From positions 40,238,001-40,302,000 of the forward strand of contig CM060734.1 in assembly GCA_030704615.1 (NCBI GenBank): a DNA stretch of 64,000 nucleotides, written 5' to 3'. Below, piece by piece: positions 12,501 to 22,926 of this stretch (the stretch's first letter is position 1; every line of letters starts with the position of its first letter). Both the position numbers and the translations under genes were made by a program. The stretch comes from Takakia lepidozioides. Lineage: Eukaryota > Plantae > Bryophyta. The notes beneath the pieces were generated by a model that saw only the letters and a list, made by a program, of their open reading frames with translations, ran no database searches and was not told the origin of the DNA.

Positions 12501-15141
12501 ATTTTTGTGAATGGCGTTGACGCCATTCACATACAGTGATGTTGTGAGGTCCTCAGTGATAGGTTCGTTATGAATGTGCATTGAGTTTTCCTGGATGGTT
12601 CCTTACTCAATTTTTTTATTTCCATCCTGTGATTTTGCTTCATTTCAGTAATAATTTGGCTTCATTCTTGAATGTCGTTGACGACATTCACTTCTATGTC
12701 TGTGTCATTTCTAATCGCTTATTTGCATTCACCTGGATTAGGATGTATTTACAGTGTCATGGAATGGAATGTTCTGAATGGCGTTGACGACATTCATATC
12801 TGGAGCAGTAGTGTGGTCCTGAAAGGTCCTTGGAGCAGTTGTCAGAGCCATTTCAATCCATGTTTTATTCTTTCTGTTCTACTTGCATCTTACTCACTGA
12901 GCGCTTTTGTGGGTTGGGATTCATCTCCTTTTTTCAGGTACACGAAATATGTGCTTATGGAAGGAAATCACCTGAGCGGAATTCCCGACTATCTTGACAT
13001 GTGGTCGGACCCTGCAAACGATCCAACCATGTATACTGCAGGGATATTGAAGGACTGGAGTCCTTCTCACTTCAGAGACTGTGGGTGGTACCTTGACTGC
13101 CCACCTGAGCACACGACCTTTCAAGAACAGCATATGAAATACTTGAACAATAACGCTGAGATGCTGGCGCCTTTGACTGACGAAGAGTATCAACGAAACA
13201 TAGCAACCTTGGCTGCCAAGGAGCCTGATGCTCAGGGAACGCCGCAGAAGGGAAAGAAGGCGGGCCGCAAACCAAAAGACAAGGCTGTTGATGTCATAGC
13301 CATCTCACCAGCAAAGCCAAAGGACAAAGACAAGTCCAAAGAGAAGGAAAAGGACAAGGGGAAGGAGAATGAAAAGGAGATGGAGAGTGGGCAGGACTTT
13401 AGTGCTGGAAGATATACCCGCACTCTTCAGTGCGTGTTCGATGCCAAGCCACACCCTTCCCGTTCTGATTCAGCAGGAGAGATGAAAATTGTTAATGAGG
13501 GTTGGCTTTCGATGATGCAGAGTCGAAAGAGAGGATACACTGGGGTGCCATCCCCTACCTGGGACAATATAATCTCATTCCTCAATCTGGTGAGAATTCC
13601 ATTTTCTTTCCTTTTTCTCTGAATGTTTCGTTGGCAGTATTTCAGTCTCGTTCTTTGAAAACATTCTTGCCATCGTTCTTATAAAAAACATGTCTGTTGC
13701 AGGTGAGCACAGGTCCCACCTTCGTGTGCGGTGTGCAGAAAACTTATGCGGCCGACATTGTCATTCTCGACATCCCGGATGGCCAGGCTGTGCCAGAAGT
13801 TCTTCCAAAGGGCAAGACGCCAGGGTGGAACAAATTCGAGGACAACTACTGGAGTTGGGTATTCGGGTTCTGTAACAATTTCCTCTCTGATGCAGGGACA
13901 CTTCTGCTTTTTCAGTCATGTGACAATGATAGTCGTCGGGCATTGGCATCATACCTCAAGTCTTCAGGGTTTGAAGTTTTGCGCACATGGAATTGTGTGA
14001 ACAGCCTCTACCTTGTGAAAGGGGGTTTCCCTGGTCAGCTGGTATGCCGTCTGCCTTCTGCTTATGCTTTGATCATGAGTTTCAATTTTCTCTGCAGCTC
14101 CACTCTAGTAGAATGTTTTATGATCGACACCGATCATCAACGATTCATGGTTTTTTGGTGTCAGAGTTCTGAATAGCCGATGTACACACTTCCACTTTAG
14201 ATTGTGTTTACCACACTAACCTGCTATCTTTGGCAGACGAGGATGTTCGAGGCGATCTGCCTGCGGAGGATTCGCACATCAAAGACACCATCCTCCATCC
14301 GCAGCTTTGAGATTTCTGACCAGGGTTGTTTCGTCAACCCCCCCTATGAGCCCCATGTCGATGACATTTTGTACAACTTCATGCAGTCCAGTCAGACTCT
14401 GAAGAGACCAGATGGCACTCCCTGGAGAGGTGCAAAGGAAAAGTCACCAGCATTCATGCAAATACTGCTGGAGTCATGCAGCCACCGCTCTGCACGGGTG
14501 GTCGATCTTTCTGTGTCCACAGGTTCGTTTTCTCCCTTCCGAATTGGTTTCCTTTCAACAGTTTCATCTGCTTAAATCCCCTCCTCCAAACTGTTTATGT
14601 TCTCCTGTCTGGTGCAGGAGCAACTTACCACGCATGCAAGGCAGGCGGAAGAAGCCTTTTTGGTATGGAGGGTGATTCTGACCTCTACAACACAGTGCTC
14701 CTCCCCCTTTTGTCTGGCTCCACTTCAGGCACACAGACTGATCGGATTCATATTCGAAATGATGACGATCCCGAAGATAAGCAGGTCGACAACGACTTTT
14801 CATGTGAGTAAGTGCTAAACCCTCTTTGGGAGTCATACTCAATTTCTCGATAACATCAAAGTTACAGTAATAACTTTTTCAGGCTGTCTTTCAGGAAAGC
14901 CAGCGGTGGATCTTCAGGAGATACAGTCATTTCTGGCGAGTCTGTTTTCGACAGCCCCCTTTCCAATTTTCTGCTCCCTGTTTATGCCGAAGCAATGGCA
15001 CTTCACGCGTCCGAGTCCCTATCCCCTGACTTTTTAGTGGCCAGCCGTAGGTGTATCCAGCGTGGATCCGGTGTTCTAAAATACTTAGACTTAGATGCAG
15101 AGGAAGAGGGGATACATTGTACTGACTCTGAGTCAGACTGA
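9504..15141 (+). CDS. MULE accessory gene, ~1165 aa, 10 exons: ParB/Srx-like domain plus C-terminal beta-class (N6A/N4C) DNA methyltransferase-like domain
   Basis: Exons 9504-9800, 10244-10872, 10967-11159, 11244-11681, 11766-11992, 12938-13589, 13703-14041, 14237-14522, 14618-14807, 14895-15141, all GT-AG and phase-compatible (last exon least certain). Motifs: FYVWDGNHRLLAW; ADIVILDIPDG; FLSDAGTLLLF; EKSPAFMQILLESCS...VVDLSVSTGATYHACKAGGRSLFGME. Confidence 0.78.
9882..10200. repeat. Degenerate array of 22-bp palindromes in intron 1 of the accessory gene
   Basis: Copies starting at 9882, 9978, 10053, 10135 (weak) and 10179, related to TGAATGTCGTnnACGACATTCA. Confidence 0.8.
12073..12796. repeat. 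Array of seven 22-bp palindromes in intron 5 of the accessory gene
   Basis: TGAATG(T/G)CGTTGACG(A/C)CATTCA at 12073, 12194, 12305 (variant), 12400, 12508, 12669, 12775; set in a diverged ~270-330-bp higher-order repeat. Confidence 0.92.
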
Positions 15142-15260
15142 ACTGTATTCTTTTAATATTCATTTTCATATTATCTGGAAAACGTTGAATCCCCTTACTC
15201 TACCGTAGTTGTTCCTTTAGAACAAATAATAATCACAGAATCAACTTTCGTTTAAATTGC

Positions 15261-15630
15261 TATATGTATGAATCCATCTCACAAACCTTCCTGACTCTTC
15301 TCATATCCATTGTGCATTCATCTACACTGTATTCATGCGTGCTCCATTCATGAAAGCTTCCTTTGTACAACATCCATTGTACATTCATCCTCTGTACTCT
15401 TTAATCCACCCCACAAACCTTCCACACTCATTTCATATACTTTGTGCATTCGTCAAAAGATTTGGTCATGCATCTTCCTGTCATGAATTTTTGTCATTGC
15501 TCAACATCCATTATACATTCATCCATTTTACTCTTATCCATCCGTCATTCATCCATCTACATAGATTTTTCAAACTCATCCATCTGTTTATCATCCAACT
15601 GTACATTCATCCATCATTTATTCAATGCCT
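15261..15630. repeat. Subterminal low-complexity (TAC)ATTCATCC repeats of the MULE
   Basis: Multiple CATTCATCC/CATCCAT units just inside the right TIR. Confidence 0.65.
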
Positions 15631-17376
15631 TTTATTATGTCGTCCAGCTTGTTTCCGCGGTAAAGGGTGCCAATCCGCGGGAATACACTCCACTTCTTTC
15701 TGGGTGCGTGGTGACTCGGCCTCCACGTGTGATGACGTGGACTGAGCCCCGTGACGTGGCATTTGCGCAAGGTGACGTGGCGTGAGCGCAGTCGCGCTCA
15801 CGCGCTCACGCGCTCACGTGACCAGGCTCACGCCGAGGCATCCCTGCGTCAAGAAGGATTGTCCAGAGGGAGGCAAAGAGCCGGCACATGCACAGCCTGC
15901 ACAGTTGCAGTGTGGGCATTGTGGCAAGCACGGGCATGGAGAGGCCCAGTGTTATGGTTTGCATCCCGAGTTGCGCCCAGGCCAGTTCCAAGGGAACAAT
16001 GGTGGTCGGGGGCGAGGGGGAGCAGCCCAAAGAGGACGAGGTGGCCAGGCACGGGGTGTAGGCCAAGGGCAAGCTCAACAAGGCCAAAGACGCGGAGGTC
16101 AGGGTGTTGACCAAGGCATGGCCAACCGGCTTTAGCAGCTAGAGCAGAGGCTTGCTGCCATGGCTACAGCTCAGGTGGTACCGGCTCCAAGGCCGGATGG
16201 TCCACCTCCTGCTCCTAAGGGAGGAGATATGGGAGGTATGGAATTCATGTGCGGGGCAGCACTACCACTAGTGCATGTAGAGTCTGCTGCAGCCGTGACT
16301 CGAGGAGCAGCACGAGTTCCTGAGCCACGAGGTGCAAAGGTGGAGTTGGATCCACAGCGTGGGGAGGCAAGCCGTCAGGCTAGGCTTCCTCAGTCATTCA
16401 CATTGGCGGAGACAGTGTCGACGCCATCCATGGCACCTAGTTCTCGCCCGACTGTTACCGAGGCGGAGGTTACTATGCCATTAGGGAAAGCTACACGGGT
16501 AGCACCACTATCTAGTGTTGCCAAGGCTACGGCAGCTAGTGTGCTGCTGGAGGCGGCCACAGCTGTGTGCCAGGCTCCATTGTTCTCGGCTACCATGATT
16601 GTGACGTCGGGGGTAAGACCAGCTGAGGTGTTCAGGCTGGTAGCTACACTCTGTGAGAGTGGGGAGGTTACTTCATCTTCTATGGAGATAGTGGGAGGTG
16701 TAGTGCCGGAGGGATCCTTGGATTTGAGGGTCAAGACTGCCACGGCGGCGCCATGGCAAGCTGCAGCTGCCAGGTTGATGGAGCTGCCAGCTAGACCAGC
16801 CATTGAGCGCGCCATGGTGACACCTGGAGTTGTCATGTTAGACAACCAGGATGGCATTTTCTGTTTGAGTGGACCAGCACGCAAGAGGTACCGGCCACTG
16901 CGGGTCTTGTTGGACTCGGGCTCAGCCATTGATGCTGGGCGGAGCTACTATTGTAGGCTTGGGCCTCACGGAGGTGGATATGGAGCCTTGTCCTTTCTAG
17001 ATACAGACGTCTCTGGGAGGATCGGAGCAGGCTCGGGGCATGACACGGCGTGAGTTGGCTATCAGACTACAGCCGGATCATCCTACAGATGGCTCAGTGA
17101 TGAGAGCCAAGGCCATTGTGACAGACGCGGTCTCGTACGATGTCCTTGTTGGTGGGATGGTGTTGTACCCCATGGGCTTCACCCTGGATTTTTGGGAGGA
17201 GTCAGCTTCCTATAGGCCTAGATGGCAGTCAGGGGAGGGCCGGCATGTGTAGCTCCCTGTGACGTTCATAGGAGGAGTTGCGGTTGCCCAGCGAGGCAAG
17301 ATGCCAACACTGGTAGCATTCACAGTTGCAGTAAGTGGGCCTGGAGAGTTGCTAGAGGGCAACGCTCATTCAGAGG

Positions 17377-18666
17377 ATGTGTCCTCCGGGAGAGCAGAAT
17401 GACATGTATGGTATGGCGGAGTTTCCTGCCATGGTTGCTCACACTCCATTGTGGGGTTCGAGCAAGGATTTGCAGCGGGTTGCTGATTGTCATGTGCAAC
17501 AAGCCTGGGTAGAGGCTTTTGTACCGTCAGGAGAGGAGGACAGTGTGGGGATTGCACCAGGACCACCTCAATTGTCACCATTGGACACCACACCGATTGT
17601 GTGGCCGTGTCCGGATGAATGCATTTGCCTTCTGGACTTGTTTGGCGGGATCAGCACCGGATCGGTTGTTGTTCTACAGGCAGGTGTACGAGTACGACAT
17701 TACTTGTATGTGGAGAAGGATGAGACTACACGACGCGTCTCACTCTGTCATATTGCTCAGTTGGTGCAGCAGTACCCTGAGTTGTTGCCGGTTTCTGCGG
17801 TTCATGGATATCAGCAGGCCTTGCCAACAGACATTTCGTTGCTGGGGGCGCAGGATTTGGAGCAGGTTGGCTCCATTGATCTGGTAGTGGCAGGTTGGCC
17901 CTGCCAAGGGCATTCATCAGCCGGGCATGGCAATGGATTGCGAGACTCGAGGTCGGGTCTGTTTTGGGAGATGGTGCGGGTTTTGCGCCACTTGCAACTT
18001 CATCAAGCTGTATCTCCAGCATACATATTGGAGAATGTGCCACTGATGGGCGATTCTCGGGGCAAGGTGATGGCCAGTGTGCATCAAGTCCGGTTGTGGC
18101 TTGGGTCAGCAGTGTTGCTGGATACAGCTACAGTGGGGTCACGGGCTCATCATCCATGGCTATGGTGGACTAACTTGATGCCACCCGCACTGCTCAAGCG
18201 TGCATTTGATGGGGTGCAGCGGCTAGCACACCTCATAGTGGATAGCATTTTGGACACAGGGAGGCAGTCTCAGCGTGTGAGACACGATGATCGTTTGCCT
18301 TTGGCAGTGGTCAACATGGTGGGTCAACCACGAGCAGCATTACCTACACTGCTCAACTTCCCAGGATCGCATGCTTTCCGGGATAGTGGACCTAGCCTCC
18401 TGTGGGATGCTCAGTTGCAGCAGTTAGTGGAACCTAATGCTGAAGAGCGTGAGCAGGCGATGGGTTTTACCACTGGTACCACGGCGGTGTCGTCTCTTTC
18501 TGAGGCATCACGTCGTCAGGTGTTGGGGCAAGCAATGGATCTCAATTGCTTGACCTGGATTATCAGCTTGGCTATGGCTGAGCAACGCAGAGTAGGGAGT
18601 ACACTTCCCTCGATGGTCTCTCTGCCTACCGAGACGGTACAGGCAGTGAGTAGGGGCGGCATGTAA
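17377..18666 (+). CDS. DNMT3-like C5 cytosine methyltransferase domain of the retroelement polyprotein (copy 2)
   Basis: Motifs I LDLFGG, II VEKD, IV AGWPCQGHS, V SGLFWEMVR, VI ILENV, VIII (AHHPWLWWTNL here, AHRPRLWWTNL in copy 4), IX EQAMGF, X RRQVLGQA; uninterrupted ORF. Confidence 0.92.
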   Translation: MCPPGEQNDMYGMAEFPAMVAHTPLWGSSKDLQRVADCHVQQAWVEAFVPSGEEDSVGIAPGPPQLSPLDTTPIVWPCPDECICLLDLFGGISTGSVVVLQAGVRVRHYLYVEKDETTRRVSLCHIAQLVQQYPELLPVSAVHGYQQALPTDISLLGAQDLEQVGSIDLVVAGWPCQGHSSAGHGNGLRDSRSGLFWEMVRVLRHLQLHQAVSPAYILENVPLMGDSRGKVMASVHQVRLWLGSAVLLDTATVGSRAHHPWLWWTNLMPPALLKRAFDGVQRLAHLIVDSILDTGRQSQRVRHDDRLPLAVVNMVGQPRAALPTLLNFPGSHAFRDSGPSLLWDAQLQQLVEPNAEEREQAMGFTTGTTAVSSLSEASRRQVLGQAMDLNCLTWIISLAMAEQRRVGSTLPSMVSLPTETVQAVSRGGM

Positions 18667-18846
18667 GGACCACGGGGTGCAGGCATCCATGGCACACGTA
18701 GGAGGTGCTCGAGGTTCAAAGGGAGTTGGCAGCCAAGGTGGCGTGATGGATGAGGTTGGGGATTTTTCTCAGGTTGAGGAAGTCCTCGAGGATGAGATGA
18801 TGAGGCAAGATGAGGCCTTGTCATTGACTGAGCAGGTAGGGCCCTG

Positions 18847-19188
18847 GATGTCACTGCAGGGCGTGTTATTCTGAGGGTTCGAGAGCTGTTGCCCTCAGGA
18901 GTCCTGATCTTGGAGGGTCGGGATGGCATGACTTGGAAAGACCATGTGCGTAATTGTGCGCCATGTCACCTTCCCAATGTCGATGGCAGAGTTGACCCAA
19001 ACTTGGCAGTGGTACCTGCAGGTTTGAGGTGCATGCTTTGTGGGTCTGCTAAAGGGGCAGCCACCATGCTGATGTGTGATCGATGCTCAAGGGGTTGGCA
19101 TATGGGATGCTTGACACCACCTCTTGAGAAGGTTCCTGACGGAGATTGGTTGTGTCCACACTGCTTGGGATGGTGGCAGTGGACATGA
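18847..19188 (+). CDS. Integrase C-terminal-like segment plus PHD finger (copy 2)
   Basis: ILRVRELLPSGVLILEG...DHVRNCAPC followed by CMLC...MLMCDRCSRGWHMGCLTPPL...WLCPHC (C4HC3). Confidence 0.85.
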   Translation, partial: DVTAGRVILRVRELLPSGVLILEGRDGMTWKDHVRNCAPCHLPNVDGRVDPNLAVVPAGLRCMLCGSAKGAATMLMCDRCSRGWHMGCLTPPLEKVPDGDWLCPHCLGWWQWT

Positions 19189-19442
19189 CTGGAGGCAGCT
19201 AACAAGACATGGGAGGTCAAGCTCATAGGAGTCAATACATGAGATCCCAAGCTCAAGTTCATAGGTTGCAAGATGGGAACTAACGATGGGGCAACTCCTG
19301 CACCACTTAAAGCATATTCGCAAAGATTTGTGAAGATTAACATGCAATACACCAAATCAATGTTTCACAAAGGTAACAATATTTGTCAACAATTGAGTTT
19401 CACTTATTTCTTGCATCATTATCTCCCTTGTTTGAGCACTTA

Positions 19443-20542
19443 CAGGTAAAGCTGTTCACTTATTGTCTCAGGAGTCTCGTCCCTGCTGAGTGGCATTGTA
19501 CCGTTTCCCACTTGAAGCCACCACCTTGCCAAGCAGGCACTCCAGAACCTGACCAACAGTCTGACGGCTAGGCAGTGCATGTGGATTGATGATGATATCG
19601 GGCACAATCCCCTACTGAGAGAAATGAAGTCACGATTGCCGTCGAATGTGTTACAAGCCCCTAAGTCCAGGTCGGACCAAACGCGTTGCACAATTTGTTT
19701 GGGGGACATTGCAGATGGGCAGTCTATTATATGACTGCCAATTTGCCTCTTTGCTAAAGATCCCTCCCACCACACCCTTCTGACCGTGCATACTGGAGAA
19801 TTTGTCACCAGCTTGTGGGGCACGAGCAAAACGAAGGCGCACCCTCGCAATGCAGTGCCCATCCTCCTCCCTGGTTAGCATGACCTGGTCTACATGGCCC
19901 TTTTGATGGGTTTTCAAGCGTAAGCTGGAGTCCATAAGCCTTGGGTTCCCCTCCACAGTGGTTAACTAACCAATCACTATATCCCCCTTGGTCAGTGTAG
20001 CTCCAATATAAGGAAACCCATCTTCATGTACTTACAATTGTAAAAAGCTTGCTCATCTGATATACTTGGCTTGCCAAAGTGCTCCTCCACATTGAGCCTC
20101 TCCTCACCTCGATGCACTTTAAAGTGTAAGGACCTGGGTCAGTAATGGTTGAATTAACAATGCCGACCACTGCAAATGCCTATCGGCCTAGTTTAAATGT
20201 AGGTGAAACATGAGAGTACACAGTGCATGCAACAAGATGCTTCCCTGGCAATCTGTCAACCGATCTAAGCACAGAACTTGTGATTAACTCAACCTATCCA
20301 CAAACCTGAATAGGCCTCGATCAATGGAGGCCTGGTTCATAACAATGGAGTCCTCCTGGTTGTAGGCATAGCATTGTATTGCTACAATCGCAACTTGACC
20401 ATTTGTAAGCTCTGGCTTTTGCAGTAACGTTGCAGCACGTGTGGTGACAAGAGGCTTCTGTGGATAAAATAGCTCATGAGCTGAGGAGTCTGATCGCGAC
20501 CACATATTGGTTGAGTAGAAGCTGGCCTGTTTGCAATGCTTA
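19443..20542 (-). pseudogene. NRPD2: RNA polymerase IV/V second-largest subunit, C-terminal-half fragment
   Basis: [22 protein letters not shown]...YNQEDS...[46 protein letters not shown] and KHCxQ match NRPD2/E2 rather than RPB2. Introns retained; frameshifts, an insertion and truncation on both sides. Confidence 0.85.
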
Positions 20543-22926
20543 TGCCCCTAGTGATGGAGACATAGTCGGGTGACCAGTACATCCTCCACTCCTCGATCTC
20601 AACCTCATGCCCCCACCTGAACTCATGGTAATCATCCATAGGCGGCCCCTCAAGGTGCTGAAACAGCCCCTTCCATGCCATGAAAGGCGTAAATAGTTGT
20701 GGATTGCGCATTTGCTGCAAATCACACCAACTATCAAACTCTTGGATAAAATCATCCAACTCGATGGTGCCCACCGCCCCAGAGTACCTTCGTGGCCCCT
20801 TGGTAGCTCCATACATCTCCTCCATTGTGTCCCACAACAATGGCAAGGAAACAACTTGCACCGCCGGTATGAGTCCTCCTGATTCACAATCCGAATCAGA
20901 ACCTTCCGTAGAAGACACAGGAGGTGAAGGTGGCCTAAACCGCATACCTCGTCTCGTGTACCCACTAGTATCGCTAGTGCTCGAACTGGCATTGTCCCCA
21001 ACAACTAGTGGCACCTCCGTGTTGACACTCAACCGATCATGAACATGTCCCTAACCCCCTCTCCACAAGGTAACCGGGTAGAGAACCTGTTGCGGCTTAT
21101 GGTTTGGAATACTAAGTTCCTAACATAGCCTACACCTGTACCTGCATCCACCGCAAGCACTCCTATGGTTGGCTGGTCATCGCCTCCAACCTCACCACAG
21201 GAGAAACAATGATGGTCTGGCTGGTCATCACCCCAGCCTCACCATCGACAGCATGCTCTAGGACTGGCCGGTGATCAAATCCGGACCAATCACCTATAAA
21301 AACAAGCGCCCACACAAAACTAGCATGACGCACAGTCAAGCATGCAGGTATGGAGGGGATCCAAACACAAGAAATCAGAACGACAACTCCCCCACACCAA
21401 AAACAACTCCACGGTGTTGCTCCTGCAAGGACACCCCAGCCCAAACCTAGACTGACTCTTGCCTCCACCTACGGAAAGGTCTTGGCCTAATGAGAGGGTG
21501 GAAACTACGAGGAAGAGAAGCTAAAGCAATGCCTAACCCCAACATGCCCTCATGCCAACACTCTTCCTCTCCTCTCTTCCCTCACTTGCATGACCATGGG
21601 AATATCATGAAGATACTCCTCAAACCGCCCTCCACGAGCTTCAAAATTCGGCCTTCAAGACCACATGCCAGTCCTTAGGCAGTCCACCAGTGCCTCTACG
21701 AGTCAGCACAGGTCGTCCACAGGTCAACACGGGCCACCACAGACCAGCACAGGCCCACACAGATCACTGGTCACAGCCGTCATAGCCCCACACAGGCCAC
21801 AGCCCATCACAACCCCACGGCCACATGTCACAGCCTGTCACAACCCATCACAACCCCAAAGGCCACAGGCACAGCCTGTCACAGCCCTACAAAGGTCACC
21901 GTGTCACAGCCCCAAAGGCCACAACCTATCACAGCTCCTCACAGCCCGTCACAGCCCCACAGGCCACAGGGCACAGCCTGTCACAGCCCGTCACAGCCCG
22001 TCACAGCCCCACAGGCCACATGACACAGCCTGTCACAGCCCTACACAGGTCACAGGGGTCACTGCCCCAAAGGCCACAGCCCCTCACAGCCCGTCACAGC
22101 CCCACAGGCCACAGGGCACAACCTGTCACGGCCCCTCACAGCCCGTCACAGCCCCACGGGCCACATGGCACAGCCTGTCACAGCCCTACACAGGTCACAG
22201 GGCACATCCTGTCACAGCCCGTCACAGCCCCAAAGGCCACTCACTCCAAGGGGTTTAGCCACGCCAAGCTAGGGTTTGTGTCTCTTGGACTCTAGGCTTC
22301 TTTGCACCGAGCTATGGCGGCTGTGAAGAAATCAGCAATGTATTCTTGCTCTTTCGGCTCCCACACACCACCAATAATAGCCCTAAGCCATGAGGAAGAT
22401 GGTTGCCACAAACCAAGCCTTCTTTCTCACTTAGACTCCCCAAACACGCCACTAAACTCAATGGCAAACAACCAAGCCTTGTTGGTTTCCAGCCCTTGTG
22501 AGCACTCATTCAAGCGTTTTCCTTGGCCATAGCATTTGTTTTAGAGCCTATTCCATCCCCCTACATCTGCCACTTCAAGAGCCATGCTCTATCTAGGCTT
22601 GAGGTTGGAACCCCAACTAAGGACACGCTCTACAAGTGTCGGACTGTCACATAAGAGCAGATCAGCCCCTTACATTCTCTTCTAGTTCTCTAAAGCTTGA
22701 AAACAAAAGCCCAATGGACTGAAAGCATGCTCCATACATGCCCCACTAGCGCGGTGAGGCTCAACTCGAGAAAGATGAGCCTCCCGCGCTTGCCGTGAAG
22801 ATAACCACTCCAGGGCCTAAATCTGCCTTGACCCCTGGATTGACACTTGGGCCAATCCCAAATGTCAATATGTAAAAGCTAGCTATTTCCTAGCTAATTT
22901 CACACTAGTGGTAAAATAACTTGACA
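20543..22926 (-). mobile_element. DNMT-carrying retroelement, left part (copy 3): A end, minisatellite, gag N-terminus
   Basis: Reverse complement of 47414-~50750 with internal deletions; terminus TTGACA at 22921-22926 flanked by CAAG. Confidence 0.92.
21770..22235. repeat. CACAGCC/GTCACAGCCC minisatellite within the retroelement leader
   Basis: Short-period tandem units; shorter than the equivalent array at 48924-49525. Confidence 0.9.

Larger units (their letters stand above)
4536..15846. mobile_element. Mutator-like DNA transposon (MULE), 11.3 kb, two divergent genes
   Basis: 10-bp TSD CGTCAAGAAG at 4526-4535 and 15847-15856 (single copy at the empty site ~51415-51424); imperfect ~60-bp TIRs (CAACGACGCAATGGCGTGAGC... 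versus revcomp CAGGGATGCCTCGGCGTGAGC...); encodes a MULE transposase. Confidence 0.93.
4117..19304 (+). mobile_element. DNMT-carrying gypsy-like retroelement, internal fragment (copy 2), interrupted by a MULE at 4536-15846
   Basis: 4117-4535 and 15847-19304 are colinear with ~51006-54790 of the complete copy (gag C-terminus, zinc knuckles, protease, DNMT, integrase C-terminal fragment, PHD); both ends truncated. Confidence 0.92.

Noticed and set aside
12073-12796. Regularly spaced palindromic repeats resembling a CRISPR array
   Set aside because: Spacers are 73-139 bp, related to one another, intronic, and there are no cas genes.
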